In this document: piece by piece, positions 43,117-53,591 of the stretch
How positions within the stretch are numbered: position 1 is the first letter of the stretch
Layout: each line of letters opens with the position of its first letter
Origin: an uncultured Aggregatibacter sp.
GTDB lineage: Bacteria; Pseudomonadota; Gammaproteobacteria; Enterobacterales; Pasteurellaceae
DNA: 64,000 nucleotides
Assembly (NCBI GenBank): GCA_963515835.1
Contig: CAUPZK010000003.1
Span: 21,253 to 85,252 of the forward strand
Reading direction: 5' to 3'
Notes under the pieces: generated by a model
The model's database searches: none
Told to the model about the DNA's origin: nothing
The model's input: the letters and a program-made list of their open reading frames with translations, nothing else
Position numbers and translations under genes: made by a program

Positions 43117-44784
43117 TTACAAGTATCCAAACAGGGTTGTGAAGATGTAACCAAATATACAGGAGGTAATTACACCGATTAAGCCCGGTAAAATAAAGCT
43201 GTGGTTGATGACAAATTTACCGATGTGGGTCGTGCCTGAACGGTCAAATTGAATTGCTGCCAGGTCACTTGGGTAGGTTGGTAAAATGTAGTAACCGTAA
43301 CACGCTGCGGCGAAGGCAAGAATAATCGCCGGGTCAACACCGATACCTAATGCCAGTGGTACGAATGCCACTAATGCCGCCGCTTGGGAGTTAACGAATT
43401 TAGAGATTAATAGTAGCATTACAGCATAAGTCCAAGGGTGAGCTTTTACTACATCACCTAATGCCGCTTTCATCATCGGTGTATGGACGGTAAACATGGT
43501 TTCTGCCATCCAAGAAATCCCGAACACTGCTACTAATGCAATCATACCGGAACGGAAGATTTCATTTTTACTGATTTTGCCGGCATCGGTTTTTGTAAAG
43601 ATGATGATTAATGAACCGGCCAATAACATGAAGATTTGAATGACATGAACCATGCCTAAATTGACTTTTTTCTTCACGGAGTCTTTTAAGACGATTGCCG
43701 CATTTTCAATGGTTTCTGTTTTATCCGCGGCAGTAATGATCACATTGTTATCTTGTAAAGCAATCGTTTGGGTTAATGTGCCTTCGTTGTCATAAATCTC
43801 AGCGCGGTCATAAACTGTTTTGGCTTTGGCTTTGTTGTCTTTAACATCAAGAGCGACTTTACCGTCTTTAGCTACGGCAAGAATTTTACCGTCTTTCACG
43901 TTAAAGCTTTTGACTGCTTTATCACCTGAAAGTACTTCAACTACCTGCGCAGGTGCACTTTTCTCGAAAGATGGACGTAATTCTTTGAAATAACCCAATA
44001 AGGCAACCACTAAAATCGCACCGAAGAAAATCCACATCGCGTTCCAGCTGGATTGTGGTAATTTTTTATCGAGTAGGGAAGCGCTGTCGCCATACACATA
44101 TTTTTTGAATTCAGGATCTTTTAATTTTTCTTGGAATTCTTGGTCTTTATCTAAATCTTTACCACGGAACCAGCTGAAGATACCGATAGCTAAAACACCA
44201 CAAAGGGTGGATGGCACAGTGATTTTTAATAAATCTAAGTAACCATCAAAGCCTGCTAAATGGTTTTGTGCATTCACTAAGAAAGCCGTTAAGGTGACTA
44301 CCGCAACGGAAACTGGGGAAGCGATGATACCCATTTGTGAGGCAATAGAACTGGCTGCCATTGGGCGTTCCGGACGAATGTCGTTTTTAATCGCGATATC
44401 GTAAATAATCGGTAGCATGGTATAAACCACGTGTCCGGTACCGCAAAGAATAGTCAGGGTGCAGGTAACGAACGGAGCGAGAATACTGACGTATTTCGGA
44501 TTTTTACGCAGTAATTTTTCTGCGATTTGCAACATCACATCTAAACCGCCACTGGCTTGTAATGTTGCCGATGTTACCACCACCGCAAGGATGGTTAACA
44601 TGACATCGATTGCCGGTTTACCCGGTTCAATGCCGAAACCGAACACCAAGACAATAAGACCAATACCGCCTAACAAACCGAGAGCGATACCGCCTTTTTT
44701 GGCGCCGTAGAATAAACAGATTAAGACGATCGCAAGTTGAATAGCAAATTGCGAGCCTTCACTTAAGTTCATTAGAAATTCCAT
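43117..44784 (-). CDS. dcuB: Anaerobic C4-dicarboxylate transporter DcuB (with about 100-aa loop insertion)
   Basis: [40 protein letters not shown]. Confidence 0.92.
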   Translation of the reverse strand: MEFLMNLSEGSQFAIQLAIVLICLFYGAKKGGIALGLLGGIGLIVLVFGFGIEPGKPAIDVMLTILAVVVTSATLQASGGLDVMLQIAEKLLRKNPKYVSILAPFVTCTLTILCGTGHVVYTMLPIIYDIAIKNDIRPERPMAASSIASQMGIIASPVSVAVVTLTAFLVNAQNHLAGFDGYLDLLKITVPSTLCGVLAIGIFSWFRGKDLDKDQEFQEKLKDPEFKKYVYGDSASLLDKKLPQSSWNAMWIFFGAILVVALLGYFKELRPSFEKSAPAQVVEVLSGDKAVKSFNVKDGKILAVAKDGKVALDVKDNKAKAKTVYDRAEIYDNEGTLTQTIALQDNNVIITAADKTETIENAAIVLKDSVKKKVNLGMVHVIQIFMLLAGSLIIIFTKTDAGKISKNEIFRSGMIALVAVFGISWMAETMFTVHTPMMKAALGDVVKAHPWTYAVMLLLISKFVNSQAAALVAFVPLALGIGVDPAIILAFAAACYGYYILPTYPSDLAAIQFDRSGTTHIGKFVINHSFILPGLIGVITSCIFGYIFTTLFGYL

Positions 44785-44847
44785 AGATACTCCAGAAAAT
44801 AATTTCATTTGGTGATGAGAAAATCGGCGCTAGTTTAACATTAAGAC

Positions 44848-44892
44848 TACTTATTAAGTAGTAGAATTAGGAAAATTGTTGCGTTACATCAA
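44848..44892 (-). promoter_or_regulatory. Putative FNR site and NarP 7-2-7 site upstream of dcuB
   Basis: TTGAT-gtaa-CGCAA (44892-44879, 8/10 FNR match); TACTTAT-ta-AGTAGTA (44848-44863, 1 mismatch to TACYYMT-nn-AKRRGTA). Confidence 0.45.
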
Positions 44893-45056
44893 AGTTTTAT
44901 TGGCGTACTTTTAAACTCATAGGGAGTATCCAATGACCTCTTTTTGAGTGGAAAATAAGGTAGCACGAAAAAACACGGCGATTTCTGACCGCACTTTAGT
45001 CCATGTTTTTGCTAGTTTATTGGTTGAATACGATATAGAATAAACGCAATTTTTAA

Positions 45057-46409
<1,353 letters not shown>

Positions 46410-46427
46410 ATCAGTTAAAAAATAAAT

Positions 46428-46457
46428 ATGGGTGCGGTTATACGCACCCATTTTTTT
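46428..46457 (+). terminator. Terminator after serS
   Basis: ATGGGTGCG...CGCACCCATTTTTTT. Confidence 0.8.
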
Positions 46458-46490
46458 CTCTTAAAAACGCACTGAAAATTCACCGCACTT

Positions 46491-47387
46491 TTATACCTCA
46501 AAATATTCTAATTTCACCTCACATACGCTGGCGAGTAAGGCTTCTGCCATTGCTTTGTAGTTTAAGGTTTGAGATTTTTCGACCATCACCGCACGGGTGA
46601 TATTTTCTACGGTTTCGCCACTTAAAATAAGATAATTCAGCGCCACCTGCATTGCCGGTAGGCTTGGGTTAAACGCGGCATTTTCCGCATAACTGCCGTG
46701 ATAAATGTGTTGATCTTGCGTTTGTAATGCAATGCCATGGAAGGAGTTTGAATAAGGCGCATGCGCTTGGTTAGCCATCGCAAGGGCTTTTGAAATCACT
46801 GGGTCGTTGCTGTTTAAGGATAATTGATTGTCATGTTGATCCAGCAAATGTAGCTGAATGTTTAAGTTTTTTGGCCCGAATGCATCAGGTAAATATTGGT
46901 GCAACGGATTATTCTGGCTATGCGGTAAATGAATTTGTAATTTTTCTGCGCTATTTAACTCATTCATAAACTGGCGACAATGGCCACATGGCGTGTAGTT
47001 GACGCTAATATCGGTGATTTGTTTTTCTCCGCGCATCCAAGCATGACTAATCGCACTTTGTTCGGCATGGATGGTTTGTTGAATATCCGTTTGGCAAAAT
47101 TCTTGATTCGCACCGAAATAAAAATTGCCACTCACTCCTGTGACGATCGCGCCAACATTAAAATGTGAGATAGGCGTGGTGGCATAACAAGCGGCAATAG
47201 GAAGCAGCTGAAGGGAGAGTTGTTGAGGCGTGATTTGATGCTTGTTGCACAAGTGCTGTACGGCAAAGTGCGGTAGGAATCCCACAAATTTTTGCTCTTG
47301 TAAAATAAGCCAAATATCCTGAGCTAACAGTACATTATCAATTTGGGACAACGCGTGGTGAATTTTGTCTGAAATTGGTGTTGTCAT
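46491..47387 (-). CDS. cdd: Cytidine deaminase (dimeric type)
   Basis: [23 protein letters not shown]. Confidence 0.97.
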   Translation of the reverse strand: MTTPISDKIHHALSQIDNVLLAQDIWLILQEQKFVGFLPHFAVQHLCNKHQITPQQLSLQLLPIAACYATTPISHFNVGAIVTGVSGNFYFGANQEFCQTDIQQTIHAEQSAISHAWMRGEKQITDISVNYTPCGHCRQFMNELNSAEKLQIHLPHSQNNPLHQYLPDAFGPKNLNIQLHLLDQHDNQLSLNSNDPVISKALAMANQAHAPYSNSFHGIALQTQDQHIYHGSYAENAAFNPSLPAMQVALNYLILSGETVENITRAVMVEKSQTLNYKAMAEALLASVCEVKLEYFEV

Positions 47388-47438
47388 AATCCCCTCCTTT
47401 TTCGCTTTTCATTTCCTTATCTTAGCATTAGATAAAAA

Positions 47439-47477
47439 AAGTGCGGTTGAAAATTAATATAAATTTCGACCGCACTT
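47439..47477. repeat. Inverted USS pair between potD and cdd
   Basis: AAGTGCGGT...ACCGCACTT. Confidence 0.85.
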
Positions 47478-47499
47478 TTGTGATGGCTATGAGAACAAA

Positions 47500-48597
47500 T
47501 TATTTCGCTGCTTTTAGCTCTTGATAATATTGTTCATAGTATTGAATCGCATCACCCACATCATCTTGCCAGTAGCTATTTTTTAATACTTCAGCTGTTG
47601 GATAGATTGCCGGATCTTCCGTGATTTCTTTTGGTAAGACTTTTTTCGCTTCAAGGTTCGCCGTTGGATAACCAATTGCCAAGGTTAATTTTTCAGCGGC
47701 TTTCGCACCTAACATATAGTTGATAAGTTTGTGCGCACCGTCCGGGTTTTTAGAGGTAACCGGAATGGCTAAAGTATCCACCCAGAGTACCGGCCCTTCT
47801 TTTGGGAACACCATGTCTAAAGGTGCTTGTTCTTTTTTCGCAATACGCACAGAACCGTTCCATAATTGACCCACTTCTACTTCACCGGAAATAAAAGAGT
47901 TTGCCGGGTTATCAGAGTTGAAAGAAAGCACATTCGGACGTAATTTCAACAATTCCTCATAAGCCTGTTTGATAATTGCTGGATCTTGCGTATTAGGATC
48001 TTGACCAATTTTCAATAAGGCAATGTTGAATACTTCACGGGCATCATCTAATAATTGTACTTTATTCGCAAATTCCGGTTTCCATAAATCACCCCAAGAG
48101 GTGAAATCGGTACCTTTGTAGCTATTGGTGTTGAATGCAATACCCGGCGCACCTAATAATTGTGGAAGGGAATATTTGTTGCCTTTGTCGTAAGGCTTGT
48201 CGAGCCAATCAGGGTCTAATTCTTTAATGACAGGTAATTTGCTGTGGTCAAGTTCTTTTAACATACCTTCGCGTGCCATTTTGGATACGAAGTAGTTAGA
48301 CGGCGCAATCACATCATAACCGCCGGCAGCCCCTTGGGTCTTGATTTTTGCATACATGGTTTCGTTGGATTCAAGGCTGGAAACAATAACCTTGATGCCG
48401 GTTTCTTTCGTGAACTCATCTAAAAGTCCATCCGGCACATATTCCGTCCATGTATAAAGATACACGGTATCATTTGCAGGCGCTTCAGCTTTTGCAGCTT
48501 CGGGTGTGGTTTGCGCTTGCTTGTTATCTTTTTCGTTACAACCGGTAAGGGCAACGGCGATCATACTTGCGGTGAATAAACCAGCAAATTTTTTCAT
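47500..48597 (-). CDS. potD: Spermidine/putrescine-binding lipoprotein PotD
   Basis: Lipobox LTGC, YTWTEY, ESNETMYAK, WNGS, WQDDVG. Confidence 0.95.
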   Translation of the reverse strand: MKKFAGLFTASMIAVALTGCNEKDNKQAQTTPEAAKAEAPANDTVYLYTWTEYVPDGLLDEFTKETGIKVIVSSLESNETMYAKIKTQGAAGGYDVIAPSNYFVSKMAREGMLKELDHSKLPVIKELDPDWLDKPYDKGNKYSLPQLLGAPGIAFNTNSYKGTDFTSWGDLWKPEFANKVQLLDDAREVFNIALLKIGQDPNTQDPAIIKQAYEELLKLRPNVLSFNSDNPANSFISGEVEVGQLWNGSVRIAKKEQAPLDMVFPKEGPVLWVDTLAIPVTSKNPDGAHKLINYMLGAKAAEKLTLAIGYPTANLEAKKVLPKEITEDPAIYPTAEVLKNSYWQDDVGDAIQYYEQYYQELKAAK

Positions 48598-48654
48598 TTT
48601 TGTTTGTTCTCCGTAAAAGAGGGGTAAAAAACCACCTGCATAAAATGCAGGTAT

Positions 48655-48685
48655 AAAAAAACGCCTTGATTGTGCGTCAAGGCGT
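48655..48685 (-). terminator. Terminator-like hairpin between potC and potD
   Basis: Minus strand ACGCCTTGA-N7-TCAAGGCGT-TTTTTT. Confidence 0.7.
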
Positions 48686-48726
48686 ATTGTATGTGATATT
48701 AAATTATTTGTGAAACATTATTACCG

Positions 48727-49500
48727 CTAGATGTCTTTGTGTTTTCTGCCGATAAATTGGCTAGCAACTACGAGTAATAATGAAAGCACAATCATGATGG
48801 TTGCAAGTGCATTAACTTCCGGTGTCACCCCGGTTTTCACCAAGGAGAAAATACGCAACGGTAAGATTTCATAGCTTACACCGCTCACAAAAGACGACAC
48901 CACAACATCATCTAGCGAGATGGTAAAGCTTAACAACCAACCGGAGACCACGGCAGGTAACGCAAGTGGTAGGATGATTTTGCGTAAAATCGTCACTTCG
49001 CTTGCCCCCAAATCTTTTGCGGCTTCTAACATTCTGGCATCGAAACCGTTTAAGCGGGAGAAAATAGTGACCGTGACATAAGGCAAACAGAAGGTCACAT
49101 GTGCCAACAATAAGGACCAGAAACCTAAAGAAATCCCCACAACCATAAACAACGCGAGCAACGATACCGCCATCACGATATCCGGCGACATCATCACAAT
49201 AAACAACATACCACTTACGGCTTGTTTGCCACGGAAACGATAACGATAGAGCGCAATCGCAGTTAAACCGCCTACAATTGTAGCGAGGGTTGCTGCAAAG
49301 AAAGCAATCGTTACAGAATGAATCGCTGCTTGAATTAAAGTATCATTGTTAAACAGCCGTTCATACCAGTTCCAGCTAAAGCCTTTCCAACTTAAGCCAT
49401 AACGGTCTTCGTTGAAGGAGTTAGTGATCAAAATAATAATCGGGATATACAAATAAGCGTATACCACAAACATAAAGATATTACGTAGTAAACGGCTCAT
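48727..49500 (-). CDS. potC: Spermidine/putrescine ABC permease PotC
   Basis: [26 protein letters not shown]. Confidence 0.96.
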   Translation of the reverse strand: MSRLLRNIFMFVVYAYLYIPIIILITNSFNEDRYGLSWKGFSWNWYERLFNNDTLIQAAIHSVTIAFFAATLATIVGGLTAIALYRYRFRGKQAVSGMLFIVMMSPDIVMAVSLLALFMVVGISLGFWSLLLAHVTFCLPYVTVTIFSRLNGFDARMLEAAKDLGASEVTILRKIILPLALPAVVSGWLLSFTISLDDVVVSSFVSGVSYEILPLRIFSLVKTGVTPEVNALATIMIVLSLLLVVASQFIGRKHKDI

Positions 49501-50360
49501 TATTCTAACTCCACTTTCTTATTCAATAGTTTATTGGCACGGTAGTACACAAAAATTAACAAGGCCATGAGAATCGTTAAGCCGATACTGATTGCCGAAC
49601 CGAACGGCCAGTTGCGGGAAATTAAGAATTCACTCTTAATCACGTTACCCACAAGTAAGACTTTCGCACCACCAAGTAAGTCCGCTACGTAGAACATGCC
49701 CATTGCCGGTAACAATACCAACAGGCAACCTGCCACAATGCCCGGCATGGTGAGTGGTAAAATCACACGGAAGAAACGTTGAAACGCATTAGCGCCTAAG
49801 TCTTTTGCGGCTTCCAATAAACGTCCGTCTAATTTTTCAATCGCGGAGTAAAGTGGCAAAATCATAAATGGCAGAAGCAAATAGACTAAACCGATGATCA
49901 CCGCCACCTCTGTGTTTAGAATGCGAATCGGTTCACTCAAAATGCCCATGTCCATTAACATGGTATTCAACACGCCTTTCACACCAAGGAACACTTTCAT
50001 ACCGTAAATACGAATCAGCGAGTTTGTCCAGAATGGCAATACCACAAGGAACAATAAGAGCGGTCGATATTTTGGATGAATTTTGCTGACCATAAAGGCG
50101 AATGGATAGCCGATCAGTAAGCAAATAATGGTGGCAATGCCCGACATATACAATGAATTCCACACCACCTGCGCATAAAGCGGATTAAACAGGTTGATGT
50201 AGTTATCCAAGTTAAATGGCAAGGCATAAAAGTTACTACCATCTCGGGTTAAAAAACTTACGACTAATACCAATAAGTTTGGAATTAGCACAAAGAAAAT
50301 GAGCCAACCGAAGATAATCGCAACAGTAATTTTCTGAAATTTATTATTGATTATCTTCAT
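49500..50360 (-). CDS. potB: Spermidine/putrescine ABC permease PotB
   Basis: [27 protein letters not shown]. Confidence 0.96.
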   Translation of the reverse strand: MKIINNKFQKITVAIIFGWLIFFVLIPNLLVLVVSFLTRDGSNFYALPFNLDNYINLFNPLYAQVVWNSLYMSGIATIICLLIGYPFAFMVSKIHPKYRPLLLFLVVLPFWTNSLIRIYGMKVFLGVKGVLNTMLMDMGILSEPIRILNTEVAVIIGLVYLLLPFMILPLYSAIEKLDGRLLEAAKDLGANAFQRFFRVILPLTMPGIVAGCLLVLLPAMGMFYVADLLGGAKVLLVGNVIKSEFLISRNWPFGSAISIGLTILMALLIFVYYRANKLLNKKVELE

Positions 50361-51462
50361 CGTTGAGTACAACCTCCCAACCTTCGTGCCAAGTAATCCC
50401 TACACGTTGACCAATACTGTGATCCATATGAGGATCGTCTTCATTGAAAAACTCGCTCACTAACACACGTTTGCCGTTGTGCTCGAATTCTACGGTAGAT
50501 TCAAGAGTCATACCTTTGTAAGTGCGGTCGATAATGTGACCGATAATCGCGTTAGAATGTTCGTGTTCATCCAGCTCTTCAATCACAATATCTTCAGGAC
50601 GAAGCAACACTTGAAGTTGTTGATCTTTTTCGACCGGAATATCCGTATAAATATCACAAATACGGCCTTCCACATTGGCAAGTACTACATCGTCTGATTT
50701 GCGTTCAATGACGGTTGCATCAAAAACATTAATTTCGCCGATGAAACGTGCCACAAACAAGTTTGCCGGATCTTCATAAATCTCACGCGGAGAGCCGTCT
50801 TGTGCAATTTTACCTTTACGCAATAAGACAATACGATCAGACATGGTGATTGCCTCTTCTTGGTCATGGGTCACGAAAATAAAGGTAATGCCTAATTGGC
50901 GTTGTAATTGCTTTAATTCATATTGCATTTGTTTGCGCAATTTATAATCCAGCGCAGACAGAGATTCATCAAGTAACAAGACTTTCGGTTTATTGACCAC
51001 CGCACGAGCAATTGCGATACGTTGTTGTTGTCCGCCGGAAAGTTGGGTAGGTTTACGTTCTGCCATCTCTTCCAACTGAACCATACGCAATGCCTCTAAT
51101 ACACGAGGTTTGATCTCGCTTTCCGGCACTTTTTGCATACGCAAACCGAAAGCCACGTTTTCAAAAATCGTCATATGTGGAAATAAGGCATAACTTTGGA
51201 ATACGGTGTTGATGTGACGTTTTTCTGCCGGTACATTGGTAATGTCTTCACCGTCCAAAATAATGTTGCCGGAATCTAATTCTTCCAATCCGGCCAATAA
51301 ACGCAACACGGTGGTTTTACCACAACCGGATGGGCCAAGAATGGTGACAAATTCACCATTATTAATGGTTAAATTAAAATCGTTAATAATGGTATTGGAA
51401 CCGTAGGATTTTTTGATTGAACGAAGCTCAATAATTGGCTTGTTTTGAACCGAGTTTTCCAC
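50344..51462 (-). CDS. potA: Spermidine/putrescine ABC ATP-binding protein PotA
   Basis: [29 protein letters not shown] start with SD GGAG. Confidence 0.96.
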   Translation of the reverse strand: MENSVQNKPIIELRSIKKSYGSNTIINDFNLTINNGEFVTILGPSGCGKTTVLRLLAGLEELDSGNIILDGEDITNVPAEKRHINTVFQSYALFPHMTIFENVAFGLRMQKVPESEIKPRVLEALRMVQLEEMAERKPTQLSGGQQQRIAIARAVVNKPKVLLLDESLSALDYKLRKQMQYELKQLQRQLGITFIFVTHDQEEAITMSDRIVLLRKGKIAQDGSPREIYEDPANLFVARFIGEINVFDATVIERKSDDVVLANVEGRICDIYTDIPVEKDQQLQVLLRPEDIVIEELDEHEHSNAIIGHIIDRTYKGMTLESTVEFEHNGKRVLVSEFFNEDDPHMDHSIGQRVGITWHEGWEVVLNDEDNQ

Positions 51463-51728
51463 TAGCTTTGGTTTTCTCCCTAACGTACCGAAGTTTTTCG
51501 ATAAAAATTAGAAACAAATGCCCACAAAAATGTAGGCGGTGACTGTAAAATGAACGCTAATGATATAGTGAACGGGAGATAATGAAAAGGAATTAATCAG
51601 GTTTTTTAATAAAAACTAAAATAGTTGTGATATATCAAGGATTTTAGCTCTATTTGTCGCTAGACTTAATACAATTTTTTATTGTTTTTTTGGAAAGTCA
51701 AATTAGATAAAAATAAGGGAGAAAAAGA

Positions 51729-52970
51729 ATGCAAGATTTATTATCTCGAGAACCGGTGTTGGAACGTTTTTTCAATTATGTGAGTTATGATACGCAAGCA
51801 AAACCCGGTGCTAAAATTTCTCCTAGTTCGGCAGGTCAATTAACTTTAGCCAAACTGTTACAGCAAGAATTAGTGGCCCTCGGGTTGCAAGAAATTGAAC
51901 TCAATAAACACGCTGTATTAACCGCATTTTTACCCTCCAATGTAGATCATCACGCGCCAACAATTGGTTTAATTGCCCATCTCGACACCTCGCCGGATTG
52001 CAGCGGCAAACATGTGCAGCCTGAAGTGATTGATAACTATCGTGGTGGCGATATTGCTTTGGGTATCGGGGAAGAGTTTATCAGCCCGGTGTATTATCCT
52101 TTCTTACATCAACTGATCGGCAAAACGTTAATCGTCACAGACGGTAAAACGTTGTTGGGCGCGGATAACAAAGCCGGAATAGCGGAAATTATGACCGCAC
52201 TTTATCGATTAAAAACTGAGAATTTACCTCACTGCAATATTCGGGTGGCGTTTACTCCGGATGAAGAAATTGGTTTGGGAATGCAATTTTTCCCGTTTGA
52301 GCGTTTTTCTTGTGATTGGGCGTATACGATAGATGGTGGCGCAGTCGGTGAATTGGAATACGAAAATTTCAATGCGGCCTCGGCAAAAATCACTTTCCAT
52401 GGATGCAACATTCATCCCGGTTATGCAAAGCACAAAATGATTAACGCGCTTGCATTGGCCTGCGAATTTCAACATGCGTTCCCGGCGATGGAAGTGCCGG
52501 AACAAACGGAACAGCGAGAAGGTTTTTTCCATTTACATCACTTTGACGGCACGATTGAAAAAGTGGAATTGCAGTATTTAATTCGCGATTTTGACAGTGC
52601 TCATTTTGAAAAGCGTAAACAATTTATCTGTGATTTAGTGGAAAAATTTAACCAACAAAAACGCTTGTTAAAACCGGTTGAGCTAGTTTTAACGGAAAAC
52701 TATAAAAATATGTATGAGGTGATTAAACAGATTCCTCAAGCCATTGAATTGGCAGATTCGGCTATGAAACAATGTAATATCACGCCTTATCATAAACTGA
52801 TTCGTGGTGGCACAGACGGCGCTTGGTTGGCAGAAAAAGGCTTAGCTTGCCCAAATATTTTTACCGGTGGTTATAACTTCCATAGTAAGCATGAGTTGAT
52901 TACGCTTGAGGGAATGAAAGATGCCGTGAATGTGATCGTGAAGTTACTTGAATTAGCGACACAGAAATAA
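51729..52970 (+). CDS. pepT: Peptidase T
   Basis: AHLDTS, LGADNKAG, DEEIG, IRGGTDG, NFHS; divergent from potA. Confidence 0.96.
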   Translation: MQDLLSREPVLERFFNYVSYDTQAKPGAKISPSSAGQLTLAKLLQQELVALGLQEIELNKHAVLTAFLPSNVDHHAPTIGLIAHLDTSPDCSGKHVQPEVIDNYRGGDIALGIGEEFISPVYYPFLHQLIGKTLIVTDGKTLLGADNKAGIAEIMTALYRLKTENLPHCNIRVAFTPDEEIGLGMQFFPFERFSCDWAYTIDGGAVGELEYENFNAASAKITFHGCNIHPGYAKHKMINALALACEFQHAFPAMEVPEQTEQREGFFHLHHFDGTIEKVELQYLIRDFDSAHFEKRKQFICDLVEKFNQQKRLLKPVELVLTENYKNMYEVIKQIPQAIELADSAMKQCNITPYHKLIRGGTDGAWLAEKGLACPNIFTGGYNFHSKHELITLEGMKDAVNVIVKLLELATQK

Positions 52971-52992
52971 AATAAATTCATCTCAAAAACAG

Positions 52993-53025
52993 ACCGCACT
53001 TTGGTTTTTTAAGTCAAAGTGCGGT
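52993..53025. repeat. Inverted USS pair after pepT
   Basis: ACCGCACTT...AAGTGCGGT. Confidence 0.85.
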
Positions 53026-53051
53026 TTGTTTTTGGTGTGTTTGTTGAATAT

Positions 53052-53078
53052 AAAAAAAACACCGCCGTAAAGGCGGTG
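53052..53078 (-). terminator. Terminator after the YgiW-like gene
   Basis: Minus strand CACCGCC-tttac-GGCGGTG-TTTTTTTT. Confidence 0.8.
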
Positions 53079-53088
53079 CTTGAGTGAA

Positions 53089-53433
53089 TTATTGAATTTT
53101 TTGAATTTGATGTACTTCAATGCTTGTCGGTTCACCAAAATCTTTATCAACGGAACCTTGAATACGAACGTGATCGTTTGGCGTGACATTAACGCCTTTC
53201 CATGCGTGATCATCAACATCCACTTTGATTTCACCGGTGCTATCACGGAAAATAAATTCATCGTCATAGATTTGACGAACAAAGTTGCCTTCTAAAGTGA
53301 CTGGTGCGTGATCAGCCATTTTTTGTGCCGCTTGCACGGTGGTTAGATTGTTACTTGCGTTAGTGTCTTGAAAACCGGCAAATGCGGTGGAAGACATGGC
53401 TAACAATGCTGCTAAGGTTACGATTTTTTTCAT
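53089..53433 (-). CDS. YgiW/YdeI-family periplasmic OB-fold (BOF) stress protein
   Basis: Signal peptide AFA-GF, VTLEG, FIFRDSTGEIKVDVD, IQGSVDKD. Confidence 0.9.
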   Translation of the reverse strand: MKKIVTLAALLAMSSTAFAGFQDTNASNNLTTVQAAQKMADHAPVTLEGNFVRQIYDDEFIFRDSTGEIKVDVDDHAWKGVNVTPNDHVRIQGSVDKDFGEPTSIEVHQIQKIQ

Positions 53434-53499
53434 AAAGACTCCTAAATAATATCAGATGGAATAGTCACGCCACATCGCTGTTTGTGTCGGATGTGGCGC

Positions 53500-53531
53500 A
53501 TTATAAGTGGTGTTTCTTAAGAAATTCTTAA
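53500..53531 (-). promoter_or_regulatory. Promoter with QseB/PmrA-type repeat
   Basis: -10 TATAAT (53505-53500); CTTAA-N6-CTTAA at 53516-53531 (TTTAA-N6-CTTAA on the coding strand) straddling the -35 position. Confidence 0.6.
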
Positions 53532-53591
53532 AATATTAAATATTTTTATTCAATATTTAAAATAAAAAACACTTGGAAAAATGACCGCACT

